This document shows positions 16,355 to 29,314 of a stretch of 64,000 nucleotides of DNA, piece after piece (positions within the stretch are counted from its first letter, which is position 1; every line of letters starts with the position of its first letter). The notes beneath the pieces were generated by a model, which did no database searches, was not told where the DNA came from, and saw only the letters and a list, made by a program, of their open reading frames with translations. A program made the position numbers and the translations under genes. Origin of the DNA: the human T2T-CHM13v2.0 reference genome, Homo sapiens. The stretch lies in NCBI RefSeq assembly GCF_009914755.1, contig NC_060928.1; one strand, written 5' to 3'.

Positions 16355-16590
16355 AAATTAGTGGTTGAGAGCACATGCTTGGCTAAGTCTTTCCTCCTTA
16401 CTGTGTGCCTTTGAGCAGGTTATTCAACTCTGTATCCCTTGAATTTCTCCTCTGTGAAATGATCATAATCTTAGAACCTATACCATTCAGTTGATGGAAG
16501 GATAAATGAGATAATGCATAACAGGTGCTTAGCATAGTCTCTGGAAAACAGTAAATTAATCTGAACTATTAGAGCCCACTTATCATTACC
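16355..16590 (+). mobile_element. MIR fragment (preceded by L2-like relics at about 16000-16340)
   Basis: 'agtggttgagagca...tttctcctctgtgaaatg...ggataaatgagataatgcata...gtgcttagcatagt'. Confidence 0.7.
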
Positions 16591-17748
16591 TTCTACTTCT
16601 AAAGCAGTATGAGAATCTCTCTACTCCCTTTCTTTAACTCTCAGACAACAAGAAAGTCATTTAAGTCTGTTCTGTCTCAGTTCCCCCATCTTTGAAACAA
16701 TGCTGTAATATCTGCAAATGGGTTTCTTGTAGGGCTCACATTCGACAATGGGAATAGACATGTTTTGGAGCCCTGACCTCGCAACAACCCCAGCCAGGCT
16801 GTCAAAAGCCCTTTCCTAGATTTTCCAACTGAAGTACTATTCTCATGTTGTGATGTTTTCAGGGTCTGAGCCTAAAACTGTCAGGAGCAAAGTTATTAAA
16901 CTTCCTCAGTCGAGTTATTAAACACAGCCTATACCCAGAAAGAGGGAGATCTAGAAGGAGGGAGGTTGGGGTGCCTCGAGACCCTGGTTCCCATAGGCCA
17001 TTGCCGTTCGTTGCCCTTGGTGTTTACTTGAGTCGAGGCTCCACTGCCCTCCACTGGCTTCCATGCCTTGCTCCCCTAACAAAGCCATTTAGAGCTGAGT
17101 GCCCTTCGGGGCTTCTGGAGTTGCCCTCACTAGTACGGAAGAACAAGAGAAAGTCTAGCTATTCAGTAAGAGAAAAGGTGACCAGGACAAGGTGAATTTT
17201 TCTCTCTTCATGTTTCTTTTCCAATGAAAAGAGAAACAGAGGAGATCCTAGAAACATTAGAGAGAAGTCGGGAAGCACATATCCCATTAGTGTTTCCTGG
17301 CACTGCCCAAACAGAACAGGTGAGAAACCAATACCCTTGTCTTCATAGAATTTGAGGTAAACATGTTTCCCTAGTCCACGGAACACCAAGAAGCTTGGGA
17401 GAAGAGTACCAGTGCAGGGCTGGGTTTAGGGTCCAATGGACCCTATTACCCAAGGAGGGTGGCAGCAATTGCAGTGATGTGTGTATGTGTGTGTGCAGCA
17501 GGGGAGGGGAGTGTGGATGACGATGGGGGAAGCTTCTGAGGGAACAGCTAGGGTGACCGTGAGAGGTGCAGAGGCAGGGCAGAGCATCAACAAAGAACCG
17601 TTTCTTTGACACGGCATGGGGTAACTGCCAGCAGGGAGAGCCGATAATCCACCCCTTCCACAGTGCTGAGAAACTAAAGTTGTTCTTGGCTGTTGGGGAA
17701 AACTTGAGCTCCAGCAATTATGCTGATGGGGTCTTATCAAGACGTACG

Positions 17749-18040
17749 AGCTGGGCTCCATGACTCGAGCATGTAATCCCAGCATTTTGGGAGGCCAAGG
17801 CAGGTGGATCATTTGAGGTCAGGAGTTCCAGACCAGCCTCAGTAACATAGCAAAACTCCATCTCTACAAAAAGTACAAAGATTAGCTAGGCATGATGGTG
17901 TGTGTTTGTAGTCCCAGCCACTCAGGAAGCTGAGATGGGAGGATCTTTTGAGCCTGGTGGTTGAGGCTGCAGTGAGTCATGATCATGCCACTGTACTCCA
18001 ACTTGGGTGATAAAACAAGACCCTGTCTCCAAATAAAAAG
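17749..18040 (+). mobile_element. Alu (AluJ-type), full length
   Basis: Diverged dimer with J-diagnostic 'gggaggatc..ttgagcc...gaggctgcagtgag...atgatc' and a short A tail. Confidence 0.93.
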
Positions 18041-20119
18041 AAATATGACCATTGGAAAAAGGTTATGATGTCTTTAGAATATAGGCTTAGATTGTTTTAC
18101 TGACCAGGGAACAAATGTTGCTCAACCATCTAAGCCATAGTCAAAGTTTTTGCCCATGCATACACAGATAGATACATGTATAAGGTGTACTGTCTATAAA
18201 TACGCCATCTGTAGATCACTGTCCCTTGGTAGCTAAAGGATACATAAGAGTTGGCCCCACAGAGCTTCCCCTTGCCTTCCATGAAGATGATGATTTAATA
18301 AAGCTAAGGTTGTGATGATCATCGAAAAGGCTGCATTTTATGCATTTTTCACACCTAAAAAATTTACCCTCTTGGTGGCAGAGTCTCAGAGTTTTCTGAG
18401 GATACTTCATTGTTAAACAACTTATTTTCAAATAAATGATTATGAAAGTAATAAATGTTCATGTCAGAAAATTTGAAAAAAGTGTAGAAAAGGCCAAAGG
18501 AGAAAATGAAAATCACCCATAAGGAGACCTCTTCAGGAAGAAAGGAATCCTCTTGCTATTTCAATATAAAGTCCCTTGCATTCAATTCAGTTCGAAAGCA
18601 TTCACCCTCCAGACCTCTGTGTTGGGGGTGGAGAGGATGCATATTGGAATAAGACTAAGCCCCTGCCTTGAGGACCCAGCAGTGGAATAGGGGCAATAAC
18701 AACTCTGCTCATATGAAATGCTGCTCCACTGTGAAGGTTCCAGCATGTTCACACTTGTTACATTTGCCAAGACACTGAGGGCTTTGGTGAACAAAACAGG
18801 CTTTTAAAACTCCAATAATAGGCTAAATAAAATGTATGAACAACCTTTTATCCTTTGTTTCTAACATAGGATCCAGATAAAGGAGTTCAGGAACTAAGAC
18901 AAGACTGCATTGCAGTCAGCATCTAATAGCAAAGGTGCACTAACTTGCTTTTTCATTTGAGTGATGGGGGTGCAGGGAAGAGTCTGTTGCCAGAAAGATC
19001 TGATGCAGATTGGGGCAGACTATTAACCAGCTGGGTGTCTGCCACATGTGGGTTGAAACCACACTTACCAAATTGCCTGAGACAGGTTGTATAAAAGCTA
19101 TCAGCTGTTACTAGCTTTTGACTTGCCACCAGTTTCTTCTAGTCATTTCTTATTATTGTCTTGGTGCCATAAATGCTTCTGTACAGACGACTGCATTTAT
19201 ACTGTGGGTAATACATGCTCAGGAGGAACTTCTATTTTCAGGGGACAATTTGGGGTAGAAGAGGAGGAATGTGGCGGAGAGGCTACAAATGAGTTTGGCA
19301 ATTATGGGTGTGCACAAGACAACCATGTTTACAAACATTTCCAGGAAAGCCAGGCAGCACCTGGGCCTCCCGGAGGTTGTTTTACTGTCTCTGTAGCTGG
19401 ATCTTTGCTTGGAGGCAGTGGTGCTATAGGTGAGACAGGTGCAGTGCAATGTCTCAATGAACAGCCACACCACCCACCCTTGCCCACTAGCATACCTGGC
19501 ATCAAGCTCCAGCAGAGCAATCAGAGAAGGGAGGGAAAAAACTCACCTTAATAAAACAAAACATAAAACACCCTGCACAGTGATGGAGAAGATTAACAAG
19601 TTAGTAAGGAAAATTCTCAAGCAAGTGGCTGTAATGATGGGTTTTGGGTCAGCCCCATGCTTTAAATTAAAACCTGAAAATAAATTCCCATCAGTTAAGA
19701 AGAGCTAGGCATCTCCTTGTGAATTGTCCATAGCTGTTCACATGCTGATTGTCTTTCTTTTCTGCAGGGATTTCAGGGAAAATAAGCAAAGAAATGGAAT
19801 AAACCCAACTGTTGGAAACAGTTCCTTTCATGCTTTGTCACCTTGTCTGCAGGTCTTTATCAACACAAGAGGCTTGCTGGTGGGAGGGGAATTAAACATT
19901 TGGGCACATTTACCTGCAGTTTGCTGTAGCCATTTTATTGTATAAAGGTTAAAGGTCAGGAGCTTTAGGAGACTAAGGGCATCTTTCTTCTTTAGGAATC
20001 TAGAATAAGACCCTATGACGGCTTGCATTTCTTTTGGCCACAGGACGAAGCTGTGATCTAGCCCTGGTGTCATGTGGCCTTGGTTTGAATGGTGCCATTG
20101 TTGGAACATGCATCTTATC

Positions 20120-20495
20120 TGCTATACATTGAACATTTATGTTATCCACCCCCAAATTTATATGTTGAAATCTAGTGCCCAAAATAATGATTTTATGAGA
20201 GGAGGGGCCTTTAGGAGATGACAAGGTCATAAGGATGGAGCCCTCATGAATGGGATTTGTGCACTTATAATAGAGACCCTAGGGAGCTCCTTAGCCCCTT
20301 CTATTACTATTTTGAGGTTACAGCAAGAACAAGGCTATCTATAAACTAGGAAGCAGACCCTCAGCAGGTACCAGATCTTCTGGTGTCTTGATCTTGGCCT
20401 ATCCAGCCTCCAGAACTGTAAGAAATAAATTTTTGCTGTTTATAAGCCACCCAGTTAATAGGGTTCTGTTACAACAGCTCGAATGGATGAAGGCA
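20120..20495 (+). mobile_element. MLT1A-like solo LTR
   Basis: tgctat...cccaaatttatatgttgaaa...cctccagaactgtaagaaataaatt...aaggca; TSD ttatc/tcatc. Confidence 0.88.
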
Positions 20496-21462
20496 TCATC
20501 TTTGGACCCATTCCAGATTACATTCTCCTTGCTTTTTAAGGATTTCATCTTTCTCAGCTTTATTTGGGGATCACTGACTCTGGACTAAGTTGTGGTTGTG
20601 ATTTTTTTTATAGCCTTTGTATTTTTCTCTCTCCTCTCCTATCTTGGCTTCTTCAAAATATGACATTCAACTGGGTTTCATTCTGGTTCTTGATACTGTA
20701 CAATGAGAAGCAGGCAATCAGGACCGAGCAAGTCCCAGGAATCACAACAGAACAACTGGGTTCTAGTCACTGTTATAACATACCCTTATCACTTTAGACA
20801 ACCTATTTGAACTCTTAAAGTGTTTATTTTTCTGTAAAATCGGGCTAATATCTATCACAAGAGGGTTGTGAGGATCAAATATAGTAAGGAATTATTTAAA
20901 AGCGCATGAAGATAGAAGTTGTCTGTGTAGTTGAAATAATATGTCTCTACTATCTCTATTTTGATTCGGTTGGTCTTAGAAAGAATGTGGGTTTTTCATA
21001 AAGACAGGCCTGTCCTGCTAGGATTTGGGCTTCTAAGATCAGGTTTGAGCACAGTTGAAATGTTGGCTGTCATTAACCACAGTCTATATCACTGCCTTGG
21101 ATGTGTAATTCTGTAGGAACCTCCTATTTTCTCCTATTATATGAGCCTGGTAAAAATAAAGCCACAGACTGTGGGTAATTTTTTATAGAGTGTACTTCAG
21201 ACAACTCAAAATCAATAGTTTTTTTTTTCCTGTTGAAGGCACCCAGGAAAGTAGAACATAGGAATCATAGGGGTTTACTATTGCTTTTTGAGTTTGATGG
21301 TAAAATTTTATAGTAGCCTCATAAAATGCATGGTTGAGTACAAAGTGCAATTGTATTCCATTATAGTTTATCATTGTCTGATGATGGATAGGGCTACATT
21401 TTGCATTTTGTAACATTTGACATCTAGTATATATGTAGTTATAGTGAATTCTTACACTTTTA

Positions 21463-22112
21463 TGTTGCCTTGACATCCATTTTGAGTATGAGTTTAACTT
21501 TCTCATACCAGAAGCAGGGCTCAGTCTCTCTTGACACTTTCCAGTTCTACACCACACTTGAGGGGCTCAAGCCGGTGGCAGAGATGAGCATTTAGAGGCA
21601 TCTCTCCTGCTTAGGCAATTGGGCTCCCGGCTTGCCCACAGCTTCCTTTAAATGGATGAATCGGGCACTTGCCTGAGAACTTAAAGTGATGCACACCCTA
21701 GTCCCTTATCTATATTGCTAGTTTCTACATGTGTGCGCTCTCTCTCTCTATTTAATTTGCACCTTCCATTTGAGGAACCAGGGACTATCCCGGGCAAAGT
21801 TTCCCTGGGACACCAGGGTGGGGGACACAGGCCTGGCTCCCAACACCACAGCAATAGCCAGGCAGGTATAAACTGTACATGAGTCAGACAAGAGCCACAA
21901 GGGCATCTGCCAATATAAACAAGCTCCTTGTGTGAGGAACCTCTGGTCATGGGTTGGACAACTAAGCATTAGCCCTTCCACCAGGTGAAAGAAGCATTAC
22001 ATGAACGGCACGCTGTAAACACCATATCCAGCTCCCATTCATTTTCCATCAGGGCATCATTGCTAGGCATGCTGATACCGGAATCCCAGTTTAGCTGGGG
22101 GCTCTCAAAATA
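21463..22112. mobile_element. ERVL-class LTR sequence (LTR47-like part plus a second LTR-like piece in opposite orientation)
   Basis: 'tgccttgacatccattttgagtatgagtttaactttctcataccagaagcagggctcagtc' and '...tttagctgggggctctcaaaa' recalled as ERVL LTR termini. Confidence 0.5.
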
Positions 22113-22409
22113 GTGGTCAAAACATTGAATTCTGTTTTTCTTCTCCTAGTGGCTTAGGATCTCTAAGGCAGGAAAAGCACCTGAGGGTGGGATTGATGAA
22201 GGGGGCAGCAGACAGTGGGAAGTTTTTGGTGGCTTTTCAGAGACCCAAGGAATCAGAAAAAAAAAAAAAAAAGGTAACCCCTAGCTTAGAATGCCCTTGG
22301 CATAAAGGTGGGTAGGTAATACCAGTGATAATAATATTAGTAACTAATGCATATTACAAGATTCTAGGCTTTGAGCTCATCACCTTGCATTCATTAGCTC
22401 ATCTGAGCA

Positions 22410-22768
22410 TCTCAGCTTCCCCATGCAGTTAGGCATGGTCGTGTGACTGAGTTCTAGCTAATGGGATGAGAGGGAAGTGATGTCCAGCAACCCATTCAGG
22501 ACTGGTCTGTACAGTTGCCCACAATCTGTCTTCAAGCTCTTTTCCTGTTTGCTGCCTAGATTTAGAAGACTTTGACCTCAATGAGTGAGAGAGAAACAGG
22601 TTGGAAGGGGCCTGGGACCCCGAATGACCATGTGGAGCAGAGATGCTTATCAATGAGGTACACTTGCATTCTAAATTCAACTCTGTATAAGCTAGAAATA
22701 AACTATTAAGACATTAAAAGGTTGGTGCTTATTTGCTACAGTAGCTTTTTAACATTTGTACTAATTTA
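22410..22768 (+). mobile_element. MLT1 (I/J-like) LTR fragment
   Basis: 'gcagttaggcatggtcgtgtgactgagttctagctaatggg...ggaaggggcctgggaccccgaatgaccatgtggagcagag'. Confidence 0.7.
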
Positions 22769-22890
22769 GTCCCCAACCAATATCCAGTATATCTAATTGT
22801 ACTGGATAGTACAGTGATATCTACTTCCATGTATTGCTATAGAAAGAGGTTTACTTACAAGAAAAAAAATAAATCAATAGATATTACATC

Positions 22891-23455
22891 TTTTTTTTTT
22901 AACTTTAAGTTCTGGGATACATGTGCTGAACATGCAGCTTTGTTACAGAGGTATACATGTGCCATAATGGTTTGCTGCATCTTTCAACCCATCATCTATG
23001 TTTTAAGCTTTGGACACGTTAGATATTTGTCCTAATGCTCCCCTTCCCCTTTCCCCCCACCCCCCGACAGGCCCCAGTGTGTGATATTCCCCCCATAGTG
23101 TCCATATGTTCTCATTGTTCAGCTCCCATTTATGAGTGAGAACATGCAGTGTTTGGTTTTCTCTTCCTGTGTTAGTTTGCCCAGGATGATAGTTTCTAGC
23201 TTCATCCATGTCCCTGCAAAGGACATTAACTCATCATTTTTTATGGCTGCATAGTATTCCATGGTGTACATGTGCCACATTTTCTTTATCTAGTCTATCA
23301 TTGATGGACATTTGGGTTGGTTTCAAGTCTTTGCTATTGTAAATAGTGCTGCAGTAAACATACATGTGCATGTGTCTTTATAGTAGAATGATTTATAATC
23401 CTTTGGGTATATACCTAGTAATGGGATTGCTGGGTCAAATGGTATTTCTGGTTCT
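22891..23455 (-). mobile_element. L1PA (PA7/PA8-like) 5'-truncated 3' end
   Basis: Poly(T), then 'aactttaagttctgggatacatgtg...atgagtgagaacatgcagtgtttggtttt...gggattgctgggtcaaatggtatttct'. Confidence 0.95.
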
Positions 23456-23559
23456 TAAAAATACATATGGTGACTGAGAATCCCATGGTCTTCGTTTTTG
23501 GAGCTAAACAATGTGCTTTACTATAACAAACCTTCAGTCCTTTGTTCCTTCCTTTGTTT

Positions 23560-24430
23560 TATCCTTCTTCTCTTTCTCCCTCTCTCCCTTCCCTTCTTAT
23601 TAATTGCTAGTTGTGTTCCAGGTATTATGTTACATGAGGAAACAAAAAAGGAAGAAAATTAAATAAATACAGTTCCTGCCCTTAAGGAGCTCAGAGTCAA
23701 AGGGTGGGTTAAAATATATCAGTATCTAATCATGCTGCAATGTAGTAGTGACAGAGGATCTGTACTAAAGGAGCACGGAGGAGGGTACCTGACCTAATCA
23801 GGGAGGAGTGAAGAAAGCTTAGAGAAGATTAGGGACTAGGGTAGGGAGGAAGTTCCTGAGATGTGGGTTTTTCCATGATAAACCCTAAAGACTTCCAGAC
23901 AAATCTGAGTGGGTTTAAATGGTGTCATTGTTGGAACTTGCATCTTATCTAGTGGAGGCCTAGGTGGAGGCAAGGTCCTTTTCTACCCTCAAAGGATGAG
24001 CAGGGGTTTGGGGAGAACATTCTAGACCAAGGGACATCATGAGCAGAAGCAAAGAGAGAAAGAACACATGGTGCTCTGGGGAACTGTAAGCAATGCAGTC
24101 TTGCTGGGGGACAAAGTGGAAGACAGCGCTGCAGAAGTGAGGCTGGAGAGGGAGGCAAGAGACAGACTATGAAGCTCTGAAACCAATTAAAGGAGCATAG
24201 GCATGGTTTTTGTTTTTGTTTTTTTTTTTTTTTAATGCAGGTGAGGGACTTAATGGAAGACTGAAGGCAGGGGAAGAGTGAGGAAGACACTGCAGAGGTC
24301 AAACCCTGGTTAGGGTTGAGAAGAGAGGCAGTTTTTAGAAGTCCTCAGAAGGCAAAATCTTCAGTTCTTGGCTATCGAGGAGACGAATGTGTCTAGGGAG
24401 AAAGTAGATGACTCCAAGATGATTTGTGCA
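23560..24430 (-). mobile_element. L2 LINE 3' region (degenerate, with an internal non-L2 block)
   Basis: 'tgttccaggtattatgtta...acagttcctgcccttaaggagctcagagtc...gaagtgaggctggagagggaggcaaga'. Confidence 0.75.
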
Positions 24431-26571
24431 TTTCTAGCGACACCGTGTGGCTAGAGCCCCTGTGGTCGGCTGTCTGTCAGGTCTTCGTGAGGGTCTGTCT
24501 TGTCTTCTGGGGAGAGTAACTTTTCCTTCCCAGCCTCTCACTCTCAGCATGGAGCACTTTTCTGTACTGCCTCCTGGCACCACAGAACACTGTGACACTC
24601 CATAACAAAGGAGCAAACAAGCTACCTTAGAAAGGCAGATGAGGGCTAAGAAAATGAAAAGGAGCATACCTAAAAGAGGAACTAATATTTGAAGCAGAAA
24701 TTCATCAAGAGCCTGGTTTCAAGGAAAGGAAATTATTTTGACTTTTGCTTCCTCTTCCCCAAACGTCCCTGTGGAAAAGCATACTTCCATTGCCTTTCCT
24801 CTCTAGACTCAAGGTTACACTCTCAGTCACCCATCATAGGAACATTTCTACCCATTGATGGGGAAAAGTTTCTCTTCTAAGCGCTGAAAGTATCAGTAAC
24901 AATGGGGGCCTGATTCCCATTGTCTTCAGCTGGTATTGGTGGAGCACTTACAAAATCCCAGGCTTTGGACTTGTTCTTTTACATGCATTATCTCATTTGA
25001 GCTTCATCTCACAACCTCCCTGGGAAGTAGACACTCCTAATAGGCAATTGCAATCACGAAGATTAATGTAATACTTAAAGTTAAAGCAGTTAAATATTTT
25101 TCTTTACCTATGAGTTACTTGAGGTCAGGAATGCTTTTTTATTATTCACTTTCACATCTAGCCCAGTGTCTGGCCAGATGCCTTAGGAATGTTTGCAGGA
25201 TCAGCGAATAGATTGGTTCCTTGAAGGAAAACAAAGCAAAGGGCAGAAAGAGCACACAGTCTTGGTAGCCAGCTGCCTAAAATCATCTTAAGCACTTTAG
25301 TGGCAAGGAAACCCAAGGCCTCTCTCTCCAAGTTTTCACATTTTCCAATATTTGACCTAAAAGATATATAAACCATCACATTCTTTGTTTTGAAAAAATA
25401 GCATTTACACAGAAAAGGATCGTCTTGAGGTCTAGCACACTGAGAAAAAGGAAAAAACCCTCTCATGTACAATGAAAACCAATTAAGAATTGTTGATAGT
25501 TGCGTATCTCATTATATGACCAAATTAAACCTAGAGCTTGGGTGTGATATTGGGGGTGATATTTGTTTGCTATGGTTGTGTCTGGGGATCTGTCCTGATT
25601 CACTCACTCTTGTAGGTTCAATACATCTAGCTCAGTCTGAGACATAAATGGGAGCCTGTTGCATCAGTTCAGTCAATCAATTATTCAATGAAAATATATC
25701 AAGTGTCCATGGTGTTTATAGCAACAGGTCAAAAGGGAATCAGATAAACAAAACAAATACCATGCAGGTACTGCCTTGAAGGATACACATTTTAGCTGAG
25801 GCCTTGCAGAATTCAATGCATTTATTTGAATAGCTATCTTAATTTGGCTTTTGTTTTCAAATGAATGTTAAAGGGCCAGTCACATATTTTATGGAAGTTT
25901 ATTTTGCTATATAACTAAATAATATAATTGTGTTAGTTAAAGTTACTTTTAAGCGCATCAAATGCATTTTTTATACAGATGGAGATACTGAGATATAAAC
26001 CCAATTGGCGCTTTACCCAAAGATCCATGTTAGAGGAGAGGCTAGAACTTTTTTGTTTAAATATTTCTCCCCAGGCATAGTGGTTAAAACACGACTAGCG
26101 CTGAAAGTAATGGGCAATCCTTTGGAGCCTGGTAAAATGGTTATGATTGAGAAGTACATATTATCATCAGGTTTGTTGTGTTATTATTAGTCTCTTGTAC
26201 AGACTTAAAAATGAAAACAAAAAATATATTTTCATTAATTTCAGCCTATGAATCAAAAACAGGAGCATACCTTATGATATTCATAACCATTTTGAACACA
26301 TATTCTGTTTTGCAATACAAAAACATAATAAAAAAGAAACCCTACACTATCAGAACTAGAAACTAGAAACTAGAAAAAAAAACTGTCCTGAGAGTAAATC
26401 ATTATGACTTCTGCCAATTGTAGATTCTTTCCTTAGATATATGCAATTTTGAAGGGAGTAAACTCATTTACTTAAAACTAAATGACATATAACATTGGTT
26501 ATACCTATTAAAGATGAAAATTAATCAGCAAGACAAGTTTCAAACCAGAAATTTCTCTAAATGTGTTTGAT

Positions 26572-26937
26572 TGCTTTTATATACTGAATTTTTTTGTCCT
26601 CCCCAAAATTCAAATGTTGAAGTCTAATCCCAGTGTGATGGTATTTGGAAGTGAGGTCTTTGGGAGGTGATCAGGTCATGAGGCTGAAGCTCTTATGTAA
26701 TAGGATTAGTGCCCTTTTTAAAAAGACCCCACAGAGCTCCCTTGCCTCTTCCATCATTGAAGTTATGGCACAAACATGGCTGTCTCTGAACTAAAAGGCA
26801 CGTCCTCACCCGATATTAAAAATCTATGTCTTGATCTTATACTTCTCAGTTTCCAGAACTGTGAGAAATAAATTTCTATTGTTTATAAGCCACCCAGTTT
26901 ATGGCATTTTGTTATAGCAGCCTGAATGGACTAAGAC
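26572..26937 (+). mobile_element. MLT1A-like solo LTR
   Basis: 'ccccaaaattcaaatgttgaagtctaatccc...ccagaactgtgagaaataaattt...gttatagcagcctgaatggactaagac'. Confidence 0.88.
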
Positions 26938-28192
26938 CTCTCCTTTAATCTTAACAATATCCCCATCATGTCAATCTGATTATTACTCCCTTTTTACACA
27001 TGATGAAAGTGGGGTTTAGAGAACTTACACAACTTGTGCAAAGTTATGTATCTAGTAGGTAGGAGTGATCCCTGGTTGTTCAACTGTCTTCTTAATGTTC
27101 CACAATCTACCTTTTATCTTGATCTACCCATAGAAAGAGATGAAGGGGCAGCATGAGTTCCTTAGAAAGGTTAATATCTGCCTTTCCTATTTAAATACAC
27201 GGCTGTGTTAATTTCAAACTTGTATCCTCAGCATCTGTTATTGTCCCTAGCATATATAAGTTAATGCTTCATTGAATTATGAACAAATAAGAGCCAACAT
27301 GGACATTCTGTCATTTTACAGTATGTAGAGATTAGAATATGTAACACAGTTATCCTAAGGGGATACGTTTTCTGACTGAGGACAAGAAATCTGGACAAAA
27401 TGATAAGAGGGCTTATTTTATTTTTTTTCATTGGCCCTGACTTGAATTTTGGTTGTAGTTTTGAGATTTGTCCAAAGAGTCAACATCCAAACAAACCCAA
27501 TGATCACAGGCATTCTCAATGTCCACCAAGAACTTTTAGGAAACAATACTTTTGAGAAATAAAGCCCAAGACTGATTATTTTACTCACAACTGCACCTAT
27601 ACTTGGTGGAGTGATTCAATCAAGGAAATGTCACACAAAGGTTCCATCTACTGAATCACTTGCTAACAGTGAGGCCCAGTTAACATTGCAGACCTGATGC
27701 TAGGGGGAAAAAAATCTCATCAAGATTCTACAGATTTTCGGCGGTGGCAGCGCTCATTCAAGGAGAGTGGCTTTGAGTGCTCTGTCCTGTAATATGAAAT
27801 ATCATGCAGCAAGCTGTACTCTCTGATAATTTTTATAGCAAAACATAACATACTTTTCCAGCAAGGTCAGATATGTCAATAAAAAGGTACAAATGGACTT
27901 GCCTGCGTTTCTCAATTTTGAAAACAGTCTGAACTCTTTAGTGCATTGGTGCTGAGGCTTGAAAAGCAAGTGTATTTTCAAAGGGACTCTTGAGGCTGCC
28001 TTAGACTTTTAAGCAGGATGCTTGCCTGTGTAGCCAGGATGTCCCAGGGAATAATACAATACTTTGACCTTGGACCAGGATATGTGAGCGCATAGGAAAG
28101 GGCTGAGTTGCTACCCCTGCATCTACTTTTAGTTTATGTTTGAGGAGGAAAATGAAAACAAAAACAAACAAGTGAAAACTTCACACAGGACC

Positions 28193-28801
28193 TGTATTAG
28201 ATTTCTACTGAGGCATAACAGATTATCACAAATGTTGTGACTGAAAACCACATTCATTTATGATCTCACAGTTCTGTAGGCCAGAAGTTGGGGCAGACTT
28301 GGCTGGGTTTTCTTCTTAGAGTCTTACAAGGCTGAAATCAAGGTATTGGCCAAGTTATGCTCTTATCTGTAGGATATGGGGAAGAATCCACTTCTAAGAT
28401 CATTTAGGTTGTTGGCAGAATTTGCTTCCTTGGGGTGTAGAAATAAATTTCTTGCCGGATGTTGGCCGAGGGTCATTCTTAGCTCCTGGAGGCTGATCTT
28501 AGATTGTTTTCAAATGGCTCTGTCCATCTTTAAAGACATCAACTGCATGTTGAATCCTTGTCACATTTTGAATCTCTCTGACTTCGTTTTTTTGCAATCA
28601 GCTAGATAAAACTTTCTGCTTTGATAGAGCTTGCATGTTTCAATCAGGCCCATCCAGATAATCACTGTATTTTAAAGGTAGCTTATTTAGACCTTTAATT
28701 ACATCTGCAAAATATCTTCACAGCAGCACTTATATTTGTATTTAATTGAATAACTGGGCACGAGAAAACTTGAAAGGTCATTCCAGAATTCTGCCTACCA
28801 A
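28193..28801 (-). mobile_element. MLT1E-like solo LTR
   Basis: tgtattag...ctcacagttctgtaggccagaag...caaggctgaaatcaagg...agaattctgcctacca. Confidence 0.82.
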
Positions 28802-29314
28802 AGGACCAGTGTGAACCATTTGCTTTGCATATGCTATGTAATTTAAATCTTTCCACAATCTATTAGGAAACAAGTTGATTGCCTAATACCCTCACCCAGT
28901 TGGTGATAAATTTGGTCCCAGATTTTCTGACTCTAAAATCGGTGCTCTTTCTTAGTAACAATAATAATGATGTTAATAAGAATAGTAGGCTCTATGTGCC
29001 GGAAACTGCCACTTTTTATTTACTAACTCATTTAACCCTCACAGATACCCTGTAGGTGTGTAGTATTATGGTTTCATTTTGTAGGTGAAGAAGCCATAGA
29101 GAAGCCAGCAAGTCAGTAAGGCTGTCAGCATAATAAACTGTGCTAGTTAATTTCAACCTCTCTTGTCAATGCAGCATGGAGGAATTCAAAGAGAACTCAG
29201 GAATCTCACCAACATCAGCTCTAGATACTCATGGATTTTGTGCCTTGTCACTTCTCTTTCAGTCCCGTTTTCTTCACTTGCACAATAGGAAGTGACACTT
29301 TCTAAGACTTTTAT

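Noticed and set aside
19087-19551. 154-aa ORF with a Gly/Glu-rich middle
   Set aside because: Non-ATG start and no recognisable homology; overlapping ORFs in other frames are equally plausible
22781-22808. 9-bp-arm hairpin tatccagta/tactggata, and similar short ones near 51350 and 51940
   Set aside because: Arm lengths are within chance expectation
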